From: Raillietiella orientalis
Lineage: Eukaryota
NCBI GenBank assembly: GCA_036172245.1
Contig: JAYWIR010000001.1
Location: 9,610,001 to 9,674,000 of the forward strand
Direction of reading: 5' to 3'
Length of the DNA: 64,000 bases
Part shown: positions 22,724-34,100 of the stretch, one piece after another
Position numbering within the stretch: the stretch's first letter is position 1
How the letters are laid out: every line of letters starts with the position of its first letter
Program-made: the position numbers and the translations under genes
The notes under the pieces: model-generated
Told to the model about the DNA's origin: nothing
The model's database searches: none
Seen by the model: the letters and a program-made list of their open reading frames with translations, nothing else

Positions 22724-25700
22724 ATGGACGCATGGAGCAACCTTTTCCGGCAGCTGGCCACCTTCCTGTGCCACGGTGGCATCCACATCCGGCACGGAGA
22801 TAAATCTCACGCGCAGCTGCGAACGCTAGACCCGCTGTTCTCCCAGACAACGGTCTGCGTCCGAATTCGAAACCCGCAAGCCTTCCGATCCGATGAACCC
22901 CGCCCCCATCTCAATCCGTCCACATCACGCCACATCAACTTCCGCGACCCTCCGTCCTCCCGGAAGAGAAGGACGAGATGGTCTCCGGTTGACCTCTTCC
23001 GAGAGACTCTTTGATGCCCGTGGCCATCCGCAAAGATCGCGGGCAGATTCGGCAGCCACTTTCTCCTGATCCTCCTGAGCTGCCGGTCTCCCTGGGGCGG
23101 CCCTTCTACCCCATAGAGAGGGCAATTTCTGATTCGGCACGGGCCGGGGAAGCAGGCGCTCTCTTTGTCGCGTTTGTAGGTGGTCGTGGCGGTGCACCGG
23201 AGGGCACGGGGCAGCAGGTGGTGGAGCTGGTAAGGCAACAAGGAAACCGTGCTGGCCCCTGTCCGCCTAGCAGAGTCCCGGATTCATCGCCGGAGGGCAG
23301 AAGGGCGTCAGTTGCTTCTGTAGGGCGGACTGCAAGGGAGGAAGCAGCCACCGCAAGCTCCTTCTGCTGCCTCCGCCCCCTCTCCTTTCCCTTTCAACCA
23401 CCTCCCGCAGGCTCCCCTGTCAAGGATCGAAGCACAGAATCCGGAAGACGAGGGGTGAAGCGGCGGAGGGAGAGGAGAAGGAAGGGTGTGGCCCCGGCAC
23501 GGCAGCCGCGGGGAAGGTCGCCTGTGTCCACTGCCAGCGTCATCTTCCTCTGGTAACCCTAGGCGCAAGGAGGCGGTCAGGGAATGGAGGAGGAGGAGCG
23601 TCCCCAAAAATCCAGCATTCTGCCTCCTCTGACACCTGGAAAGAGGAGGAGGAAGAGGCAAGGGAGAGGAGGAAAAAGGCATTAAGGGGAAAAGAAAGGA
23701 AGAAGATGGAGCAAGAAAGGTTAGAGGAAGCAGAGAAGGAAGGCATCCAGCCCTTCTGCTTCCTACACCTCCTCGCTTCCTCCCTCCCTCTTCCTTCCAC
23801 CTCCATCCCAACGCTCGGTCCCCCTTCGTCCCCTCGTCCTGCTTTCTGGGGTGAGGAGAGGCTAGAAGGAATCGCTTCCTCCCCGCCACTCTCATCTTCA
23901 GGAGCCTCGAGGAAGGCGGGTGCTCCCCCAGAAACTCTGAATCCAGCGAGGAAGAGGAGGGAGAGGAGGAGGAAGGCCAGACTTCGTGGTTTCCATGGAC
24001 ACGGAAAAAGTGTGCGGCCGAAGGGCAGATTGTGTGTGTGTGTTTCTCTCCCCCTTCCACCCCTTCCCCTTCCTCTCTCGTTCGATAGGTCACTGCCACC
24101 GTGACCTCCCTCCACCCCTGGTCGTCCTCCGAGAGCGGGTCGTTTGTCCGAGCATGGAACATGCCCGACCTGTGCAAGAGACTTGTCTTCCCCTTCTTCC
24201 TGCGTGCCGTGGCCACAGCCTACCGCTTCCATCGCCTGAGCGAGGAGGGTACCTGGGGCGAAAGCACCGCCTTCGGCACAGCCTGCGTCATGGCGGCCTC
24301 CGTGCTCTACTCTACGGCCTACCAGTTCAGCGAGCCCATCTTCCAGGTCTTCGAGCTCCTCGACCTCTCTGGCTTTTCCTACCTCTTGGCGTACGTCCTG
24401 GTGGAGCTGGTGGCTCTGGCCTTCCAGCAGCTGTCCCTCCACGTCAACCTTTACCTCATCTGGTTCCCCGTCCATAAGTTCGTCTCCTACCTCTTCGTCG
24501 CCCTGCTGAACCACACGGTGAGCTCCGAAGTCGGTCCACCGCGCGGAGGGAGGTCGCGCTGGTCGCAGGACGGGACGGGAGCGGGAAAGAGATCCTCCCT
24601 TCCGGAAAGCCCGTCACAGGAGACTCCAGAGGAGCGTCGCGGCGTCGGACGGAGGTCACAAACCCCATTCTCTCCGCCTTATCGTCGAAGGGAATGCCAC
24701 GGAAATCCTCCATCGCCGCGGGCGACAGAGGATTTCCGCGTCGGCAGCGCCCTTGGAAACACTGCCGGAAATGGCGGTCTGCTGGTCACTCGGACGAACG
24801 TTTACAGCTCCCTTCCGCTCCTTCGTCTATCCTCTTTCCTGGTGAGAGTCTGCCCTCTCACCAGATCCCCTGCTGCCCTCGAGTAGGGTGGCTTCTTAAG
24901 GTCACTGCCAGAAACCCTTCGTGCCGCGCTCGCCCCGAAACGAACGCACGCGGGAACGCAGAGGAGAGAGAGACGCAGGAACTGTTTGGGGGAAGACACG
25001 CAGGCGTCCCTCCACGACCAAGCTACAGGAAGGAAAGACAGGGAAAGTGTGAGAAGCTGAATGATGCCATCGCCGCGAGCAACCGGTTGCGCCCTCCCGC
25101 GTTTCGGGGAGTTTTGATCGCCTTACAGAATCGCCTTACGAGTCCTCCTCCCTTCTCTTTCTTCTTGTCCTCTTCTTTCCCTCTTTCTCTTCGCTCCCTT
25201 CCTCCCTCCTTCCTCCCTATCCTCCCTTTCTCCTCTTCATCTCTTCCTCCCCTTTCTCCTTTCCTCCCTTCTTCTTCTTCATCCTCTTCCCTCCCTCTTT
25301 CTCCTCTTTCCCTTCCTCCTCTTCACTTTCCTCCTCCTCCACCTACTTCTCACTTCTTCCTTCTTCTCCCTTCTTTCTTCTTCCTCCTCCTCTTACCCTC
25401 CACCTCCTCCTTCCTTCCGTCCTCCTCCCCATCCTCCTTTCTTCCTTCTAATCCCTCCCTCTTCCTCTTCCTCTCCACCTCTTCCTCCCCCTTACTCCTT
25501 TTCTTCCCCCCCCTTCTCCTTTTCTCCACCATGGGTGCGCACAAGCTTGCCAGCTGAGGGTCGTATGTCACGGAAGACCTCTGAGCCCCTCGAATGCAAC
25601 GTGCACCGGCGCAAGGAGCCGAGCTGCAACCTGCTCGACCCCTTGCGAGAGTGGTGAAACTTGGACGGGCCGTCGCAGCCATGGCGACCACCCACAAAAT

Positions 25701-26543
25701 CCTCATGGCTCTGTAAACACAGGCGGAATGGCTGATTTCGGCAGAAAAGGCTCTTTGGTTGACCCGACCTCCGAAGCCTTCGGACGCATGCGGTCTCCCA
25801 GAGGAAAACGCGACGTTGCAAGTTCCAGAACGGGGATCGGGATAGAAGGAGAGGCTGAGAATTGACGGCGGAACATGGGAGGCGCTCGGCGCAGCGGTGT
25901 CGCGTTTGCCACGCGACAGTGTGGCACCCTCCCGATGCCGCCAGCCTCCGCGCGACCGGACGTGCTTGCGTTCCAGTCGCAGCGTCCCAAACGGCTTGCG
26001 TGGTAACCTTCGCGCCCCGCCATTTCAGAACCAGCAGAGAGGAGAACGCATTTGGGCGGCGTCCATTAAGCCCGTGTTCAGTGCGTGCCTGGGAGGAAGC
26101 CTCCTGGCCATCGATCTGACCTACATCAAACAAAAGCTGTGGCAGTATTTCAAGGTGAGGACCCTGCCATCCCGGGGGCGCGTGATAAGACTGTCCTCCT
26201 TCCCGCAGCCTATAGGGACCGTACCGAGCCGTGAGCAGCTGGAGGCCGTCGGCAACCAGTGCGTCATCTGCTATGAGGACCTCCAGAATCCCATCATGCT
26301 TCAGTGCGGCCACATCTTCTGCAAGGGCTGTGTCCAGAGGTGGTTCGAGATGCGGGGCCTTGACCATCGCACTTGCCCCGTCTGCCGCACCTCCGTGGAC
26401 GAGGAGCTGCCGCCTCCCCACCTGCCCTCCGACACGGAATCCGTAAGCAGGTGCCGGCGACTCTCCAACGCCCTCCTGGCACCTCTTTTCAGGAGACGGC
26501 ACCTGCCAGGGCGGCCTCGCCCTCAGAGGAAACCCAGCAGTGA
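22724..26543 (+). CDS. RNFT1/2-like: RING finger and transmembrane domain-containing E3 ubiquitin ligase (RNFT1/RNFT2-like)
   Basis: Phase-consistent GT-AG model: 22724-22852, 23047-23229, 24089-24517 (multi-pass hydrophobic), 26029-26154, 26209-26442, 26493-26543 (TGA), with AATAAA at 26569. C3HC4 RING GTVPSREQLEAVGNQCVICYEDLQNPIMLQCGHIFCKGCVQRWF...TCPVCR has the RNFT-type lead-in. The first two exons are less certain. Confidence 0.8.
25145..25790. repeat. Dispersed repeat family B, copy 2 (inverted), with ~380-bp polypyrimidine tract 25145-25525, in RNFT intron 3
   Basis: Reverse-complement match to 22088-22360. The tract is almost purely C/T. Confidence 0.85.
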
Positions 26544-26568
26544 CCCGCCGGCCGATCCCTTCGGGGGG

Positions 26569-26574
26569 AATAAA
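26569..26574 (+). promoter_or_regulatory. Polyadenylation signal of the RNFT-like gene
   Basis: AATAAA 25 nt after the modelled TGA (26541-26543). Confidence 0.6.
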
Positions 26575-27654
26575 ATTCCGGATCCCCGGACTCCGAGGTG
26601 GCTCCGAGAGTTTCCTTATTCCGGACGTGCGAGGGCGCTGCACCCGAGAACACCCGCTCGCCTGGGGTCCCGCCTTCAGTGCCGCAGGTGACTCGCTCTC
26701 TCGTCCCATCGGTGGCTGGAAAGGTCGCAGGCAGGAGGGGGTGGGGCAGGGTGGGTCGGAGAGACTACCAAACAGATCCATCTTCCCGACGCGGTCTTCC
26801 TCCAATTCCCTCCCGACGACCTTGAAGGTCGTCGGGAGGGAATTCGCGAAAACACGAGTCGACAGAAGGCACTCCGGCCCTCTCGAGCAGACGCAGGAGC
26901 TGCCGATGGCTGTATCCGCTTCCATCCGATTCGGCAGCCATCCCATCCGATTTCAGATGGAATACGAATCGGCAGCTCCGGGATAGGGGCGGTTTGTCCC
27001 CGACTCTCACCAGCCCCTGGGTTGGTCGGCGCACGCAAGAGGGTCTTCCTCGCCCCAGATACCCCCTCCCTGCTACCCGACCAGCCCAGGGGGTTGTCGA
27101 TGCCCTCAAGAGGACCTTCTTCACCCCAGGAACCTCACTCCCCTCGACTGAGAGAAGGGGTTGGCACCTCTTCTGCAACCGCGCCTTCTCATAAGGGGGT
27201 TTTGCCGCTGCGGACTCCTCCAGAAGTCGCGACTTCTGATCATCGGAAGTTGAACGGAACTGCTCTTCGGCGTGCGTGCGACTCTTCTGGCTTGCAGGTT
27301 CCCCGGATGATGTTCCGTCCGCTTCCCCTTGCATGTTTCCCGGCGGGGTTGCGGGTGTGTCCTTACGGGTGCCAGACGACCTCGGACTCGGCGTCGCATC
27401 CGGGTGCAGTACCAAAAGATGCACGTGGGGCCACATCCTCCGAGGCATTCCATGGAATGCCGGAGGGCAACGTCTGCGACCTCAACTCTCCAGCCTTCGT
27501 GGCGAGACGCCCCCACAGCAGCGACTGCCCTGTCACCCTCTCGTCACGGGGTGTCTTTTTCAAGGTCGAACGCGACAGCACTTCCATGTTCGCTCTTGGT
27601 TCTCTTTACTGTCCTGTTGATGGGTCTGCACCTGGCGCCACACCCGTCGTTTTC

Positions 27655-28480
27655 TGGGGCTCTGGAACCATCCGCTTCCTCGGGGAAGGAGGGAGAGGGA
27701 CTCATGAAGCTCTTTAACGCCGTCCACGCCACCCGGGGGTGCGCGTTAACTCTTTAGGGGATATCTCGGGAGGGGACCACCCTATGAATCCGGAAAAGCT
27801 CCTGAGGAGGGAGTCCTTTCCTCTCTTACTCTTGGGAAGAAACCCTGAGGACGCTTCTTCCTTATTTTCTCCGAAGAGACCCCCCCAGAAAGCATCCATT
27901 CCCTGCTTTCTCCTCTGGAGAGAACCCCTAAGGGACGCTTCCCGATTTTTTTGAAGAGCCTCTCCCTAAAGGGAGCAACGCTCTTCCCACACTCTGGAGA
28001 GGTATCAATCAGCTCCATGGTACGCGATGGAGAGTCGCCCCCAAAGGAGGAGGGATGGCTCCCTTTTCCAAACCAGAAAGGGAACTCTCTAAGGGCTCCC
28101 AGATTCCTGTAAGGATCCTAGAAGGTCATCGGGGGCATCCGGCGGTTTGCGACTTCCACCAGTGCAGCTGCACCTGAATAGGTCAGCCAGCGTCATCTTG
28201 AGGAGAAAACTCGGAACCGAGAAGGACAGGACAAGGAAAAGTGGCGGACAAACCCTTCGCCGCAGCTTTGTCTGACCTCAGGGCAAGAAGCGACCGTACG
28301 GTACCGGCGAGGTGGGAAGTTTCCTGCTCCATGGCGGGAAGGAAAAAACTCCCTGACTGCTGGAATACGTGCGAGATTAATGGATGCTGCCACTCCGTGT
28401 GTGCACCCATTCCTCTGAGCCGCTCCTTTCCCTGATGGGATTCGAACCGCGACGCTGGGCCTCGCTTGGGGAGCCGCAGC
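27655..28480 (-). mobile_element. tRNA-derived SINE-like repeat family A, near full length
   Basis: B-box GTCGCGGTTCGAATCCC on - (28437-28453). Body and tail (AACGCGCACCCCCGGGTGGCGTGGAC) match the 10345-11087 copy. Confidence 0.75.
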
Positions 28481-28569
28481 CCGCGACGCTTCTCTTCCGC
28501 TTCAAGGTCCGCGAGGGCAGATGCCTGGGATTTCACTTCTTAAGTTTCATTTCTGTTCTATGAATGAGT

Positions 28570-29900
28570 GATCCAGCGCATCCGAGGTGAGGTCACCGTT
28601 CATTTCATCGAATCATCCCTTTTCTTGAACGTGCAAAGGCTGCTTAGATACTTCCTGCCCCTTGCCGCTGCGAGCACCCTTCTTCACCCTACTTCCTGCG
28701 AGCAGAGCTTCCTTTCTCACATGGACTCGCGAGAACATCCCTGGGCAGTGGTCAGCCTCAGGCAATGGCGCCCTCACCTTCCTGCGCAGCAGCGCATGCT
28801 CACCGCGCAAGATGGAGCCAGCACGACAGGGGGGACAGCGAGGTGTCCCAGTTTCCAGAAGACAGGAGGAGGGCTGAGCAGACGAGATGCTGAGAGTCAC
28901 GAGAAGAGACGTTGGAAAGGGAGCACAGCAGGGTATGGACAGTGCTCGGACACCTCAGTGACCTTGCAGCCAGCTCACACGAACCACCCGGGAAACTTAT
29001 ATGACCACCAATGGACAGCTGGTGCCACGGGAGCAAGTGAAAAGGTGCATAGGCGTGGATCTACATACAGCCGGACGGATAGCGGCGCAGATTCCTGCCA
29101 GAAAAGCCTACGCGGACCAAATGCCTTGGTGGTCTGAGAGAGACCCAGCTGGAATCTTGCAAGCATTCGGTCGTGGGACGGAGAGGCATCCTCGAGACAC
29201 GCGTACAAGAGCAGTCGGCTTGGCGGTCGCCGAAGAGCGCAACCCGAAGGCAAGAAGGGCAGGGTCAGCAGATGACCTTGATGTTTGTAGGTCCAGCCCG
29301 GGTTCGGAGCACGTGCAGCCCTCGAGACCTGAAACAGAGGATGCAAGGGAGTTCCGCTGAGCTGGGGAGTTAGTAAGCGGCGGAAGACACGAGGAGGGGA
29401 GCATGAAAAGATGGGGACGAGTTCGGCGCGGAGAAAGGGTCCAGGAGGAACCCAAGGCTGCGGGCGCAAGAAACGAGGCTGAGAGCTAGCGGAGTGCCCG
29501 TTTCCTGACACAGGCACCAACCCGGGTACTGCAGACCGGAAAAGGAGGGAAGTTCTCGCAACTCCTCCTTCAGGCTTGACTTGAGAAGACGAAGACAGGT
29601 AACGTTGGTCAGTGGAGCCAACGACGAACTCCGAGGGCTTTTTCTCGCTAGGAGCGAAGAAACAAAGCAGCGGACACTCCGAGAGCTTTGCTCTGCTCCG
29701 GAAATAGACCAGTTAACGAGTGTGAAAAGTCGAACCCCCCAGGAAACGAGGCTGTGGTGGCGACCTCGACCGGCCGAGAGAGGAATCCGCAGGTGGGAGT
29801 TGAGAAGGAATCGCTCGGAACTTCGGAGTCGTCCATCATGGATACCGTCTACAGGGACATGCGGTGGGTCTTTCCCTACCCCACTGCCCACCCTCAACGC
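28570..29900 (+). mobile_element. Heavily decayed non-LTR RT of a different clade, possibly followed by RNase H (I-group-like)
   Basis: Ordered degenerate RT motifs: FLNVQR (~FLDxxKAFD), GQPQAMAPSP (~GVPQGxxLSP), *ADEML (~YADD), VTLQPAHT (~LNPxKT), NGQLVPREQVKRCIGVDL (~KYLGVxL). Weak RNase H-like DELRGLFLA and MRWVFP..AH downstream. Confidence 0.45.
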
Positions 29901-30279
29901 AGTGAGTGGAACCGGTGGCAAGGACAGCGGTGGCCGGAACCAAAAACGGCAAGGACGAGCACCACCCTGGAGGCGAAAAGACCGCTCCATCCAGGGAAGA
30001 CGCTCTCCTCGTTCCTGGTTCCAGGAACCCGGAAACATTCCCTCCTTCCCCCGTGTTCAAGCAGTCTCTCCTTCACGTTCCTGTTGCTTCTGCACCAGGG
30101 TCGTCCATCCTGTCCGAAACCTCCCTGAACCTCCCCTTCCTTCTGCATCGGCAGCAGGTTTGCGTGGTGGCGGCAAGGGACCGACGAGTCACCCTTGACA
30201 GCAGTGGGGAACAAACTGGGTCCGTTTCTCTGTTGGTCCCCTACTCCAGCTTCCTCCTCTCATGCACCAGTGCCATCGA

Positions 30280-30945
30280 GAGTCCAGGATCGAATCCGTC
30301 CCGTGGAAGGCTCGAAGCCGAGAACGGGGCGTGAGTTATGGGTTTTCGAGTTCTCCCCGCAAGATGGCGCTGGTTGGTCTATTGGGGAGCGGCACTGGTG
30401 GAAGCCGAAAACCGGATTCCTCCTTGTGTGGCTGCAATTGCAAGTTGACGCTCGAGTTGATCTTCCTTAGGAATCAAGGAATGCTTCGGGGTTCCCCTCC
30501 GATTGTGAAAAGCGATCCACCCCTCCTCTTTGGGGGCGACTCCCCATTACGTACCGTGGAATGGGTGACCTGATACCTTTCCAGAGTGTGAAGCGCGTTG
30601 CTCCCTTTGAGAAGCTCCCTTCTGATAAACTTGGAAAGTCTCCCTACGGGATTCTCTTCAGTGGAGTAAACAGAAGCAGTTCCCTTGCTAGTTCCCTCCA
30701 GAGAAATTCCAGTAGTGAGCCGTTTCCGAGTTCCCTTTAGAGAAGAAACGAGGAGAGGCTTCCTCAAACCAAGGTCCCTCCAGAGAGAATGAGAAAGAGG
30801 TTTTCTTCGGAGACAACCAGATGGAAGGTTCCTTTCGGCGTTCCCTGACAAGCGTGAGAGGAACGGGACTCCCTTCTCCAGAGCCCTTCCTGGTTTCATA
30901 AGGCGGTTCCCTCCCGGGGCACCCTTAACTTGAAGAGCTCTTTCA
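30280..30945 (+). mobile_element. SINE-like repeat family A, near full length, just downstream of the DGK stop
   Basis: GGATCGAATCC and GGGTTTTCGAGTTC B-box-like motifs, CACTGGTGGAAGCC, the GGTTCCCT core and CTTAACTTGAAGAGC. Confidence 0.75.
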
Positions 30946-31110
30946 CATAGATGGTTGCATTAGACCGCAGTGTGGAAAGGACAAAACACGAAGGTTTCAA
31001 ATGGAAAAAATCGGGACGTCGATAGAAAAATAACGGACTCTGGAATACGCTAAAGGATTGTCGAAGGAATGTTGACATCACAAAATGGAGAGGGGTGCAC
31101 ACCACTCCTT

Positions 31111-34100
31111 TCATGCCACCTCGCTCTTGGAGCGAGACCGCAGGTCGCGCACGGCTTGCTGCAGACGTTTGATGTGGCCTATCTTGGTCATGCCAAGCTC
31201 CTTGAGGTCCCTCCTGTTCAGCTGCAGCAGCTCCGCCCCTTGGATGTCGTGTTGGGAGAAGAGCTCCTGATACTCTTCCAAGCGTAGGGACTTGAGCCAT
31301 CTGCCGACATCTTCGGTGTTCCACTTGCGCACGGGCGCGCCCTGGAGGTCAACTCTCGGGCGACTGTCCCTTCCGGCCAGGCGGAAGCGCAGCCGGATGA
31401 GACTCCTGCGCTTCTTGTCGGCCGCCGCCTGCTCCGCCTCAGATGGCAGTCCCGACTCAGACCACTTCTGGAGGCCGGCATCCGCCATGCGGACGGCCGA
31501 CGCAAGGGCCTCCTCCAGACCACTGGGGAAGAGCTGCAAGGAAGAACTGGAGAAGAAAGCTTATGCCTTCCCTGCTGACCTCTCCGGGCGCCTCGGAGTC
31601 CTCCAGGAACTGCGACACCGTAGTGGTCAGCTTCCTGATGCGGAAGGTCAGCTCGGTCACAATGGATCGGGAAGCGCTCTACGGAAGGAAAGAGAGAGCA
31701 AGAGGAGATTTAGAGGCCGCTCCCTTACCCCTTCCTTGCCCTTGGAGCAGCTGAACTTTTCCAGGACTGTCTCCAGCTCGCTGGCGGGAGACAAAAAGAG
31801 CTGCTGGAAGGCCTCATTCTCCAGGGACGCCAGCTTGACGGTGCGCACAAGCTCCGCGGCGTGGCGCATGAGCACCTTCATGGCCTGCAGCTCGTCGTCG
31901 GTCAGCGGCTGGCCGCGCTGCTGCTGGTGCTGCTTTTCCTCCCACGCCTTGAGAGTGGTCTCCAATTGCTGGAGGAGGGAGGAAAGAGGAGGAGGAATGC
32001 AGAAGGAGCAGAAGAAAGAAAGGAGAAGAGATTGATCTCTTGAGATCGCGCGCGCGCCGTCGACCAAGACACACCCTGTTCCGGCACAACATCTGGATGC
32101 GGTTCTTGTGCACGATGCGGATGACACCCGGGGGCTGGACCCACGCCTCGCCGTCCACCTGCACGGGGAGTCCCTCCATGCCGGTGATGATGAGTTTGAC
32201 GCTGCGGCACTGGGCGATGCGGTGGTGCTGCAGGTTGATGATGCGGGAAGCGGCCATCTGCATGGTGCCGAAGACGGCCACCACCTCCAGCACTCGGTCG
32301 TCAAAGCTGGGCGCCACAAAGTAGTCGTCCTCTTTGTGTCCCCCCCAGAAGTTGGTCCCCCCCATGAAGCTGGGGATGTTTAGCACGACGATGCCCTGCA
32401 AGCTGGGCAGCGGGATTCTCCGCCCATCGCACTCGAGATGGAGGCGCTGCTCCAGGTTCTTGTACGTCTTCTGCATGGGAACGAAAGAAAGCTGCTGGCC
32501 CCGGGGAGGGTCTCCGAGAGCAGACCTGCACCAGCTCCTTACTGCCCAGCACCCCGTACCACATGAAGTTCCTGGTCCTCGAGCGGCACTTCTCCGGGTG
32601 CTCCTCCCGCTTGAGGTGGAAGTCCAGCGTGATCTTCGCATCAATGCCCACCCCAAAGTAGTTGTTCATCACGCACTTCTCCTGGAAACCGATACTGGAA
32701 AGCGCCGGAAAGGAAAGGAGAGCAAACAGGTGGAAGCACGAACGGAAGGGGACGCATACGTACAGGGACCACTCGTCCACGTCCACGTCCATGAGAGGAG
32801 TTGCTGGGGCGCAGAGGGCGTCCGCGTTGGCAAGCAGCACCCTTCCGACGAGGCCGCTCATGGACGCGCCCTGAATGTTGGGCCAGGTGGGTAGGTGCAC
32901 GCAAGGGTTGATGATGGGCAGGCGGCTCCCTCCGGCACTGGCACTCCCCTGCCCCTTGCCCATCTCCTTGAAATCCAGCGGCGCGACAGCAAGCCGCGAC
33001 AGCTTGGCGGCGAGCGCCACGGTGGAACTGGCCATGCAGCCCTGCGAGATGCGACGGCTGGCGGTGGTAGGAGGCGCCCGGGACGGCGACAGCAGCTGGG
33101 ACAGCTGTCCTCCTCCTCCTCCTCCTCCTGGTTCCCCACGGCCATCATCTCCGCCATCATAGTGCACGCGCTTGCGACGCCTCGAGTTCCCGATCCTTCC
33201 GCCGCCGCCGCCGCCGCCGTTGGCCGAGTGGCTGCTGTCCGACTGCTCCGGACTGGCCAGCGGAACGCTTTCGCGACGCGTAAGCTGCTGCTGCTGCTGC
33301 GGCGGCGGCGGCGGCGGTTCGCACGAGTCGGGCTCGTCCGAATCCGCGAACTCCATTGGCACGGGCAGCTGGAAGCTCAGACCCTCGGCGACCTCGAAGC
33401 TCTCCCTCCGGGACTCGTCGGGAGGGGGAAGCAAACTGACGAGAGCGGGAGATTTCTCCTCCTCCTGCCAGGAGCAGGATTCCCTCTGGCTGGACGTGGA
33501 GCTTCTCTCCGCGCTGGACACCTCCAGCAGCCTGCTCCTCCCTGAGCTCCCCCCGGAAGCCTCGCCAGCCGCATCGAAGGACGAGGCCGGCGGCAGGACC
33601 TTGGACGGGGAAGTGGACCGGTTGTTGGAGGAGCTGACCTCGGAGGACACCGACTGGGACGACGCCCTTCGGAAGAACGGGAAGAAGTACGAAGGGAAGA
33701 GGGAGCACCTCTTTTTTTGATGGCCCTGGGGAGGATCGGGAGCGGCGCGGTCAGGGAGGAGGAGGAGAACTGACCCACCAGCAGCTCTGCGAGGGAGGAC
33801 GACGCGCTGGGCTTCCTCTCCCGTCCTTCGCAGTCCGTGAAGGTCAGCTTGATCTCGGCTGCCGAGGCAGCCTGCTGCTCCGGAGGAGTCGAAGGGTCTG
33901 GGATGCATTCCACGATCTCCCTGACGGCTTTGCGGAGGCTGTTGATCCTAGTCACCATCTCGTCCCTCCGAAGAAATGCGCCCTAGAAGATCACGCGGCG
34001 TATAGGCGGGAAGGAAGTTGGGGAGAGGTTGGTTTGAGGGGAAAGCGGCCTCCGCCGCCATGCTGGGGGGTGACAGGAGCACAGGAGATTTTCCCGACGG

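Noticed and set aside
25492..26946. 484-aa - strand ORF
   Set aside because: Antisense to the RING exons and crosses a repeat; no domain.
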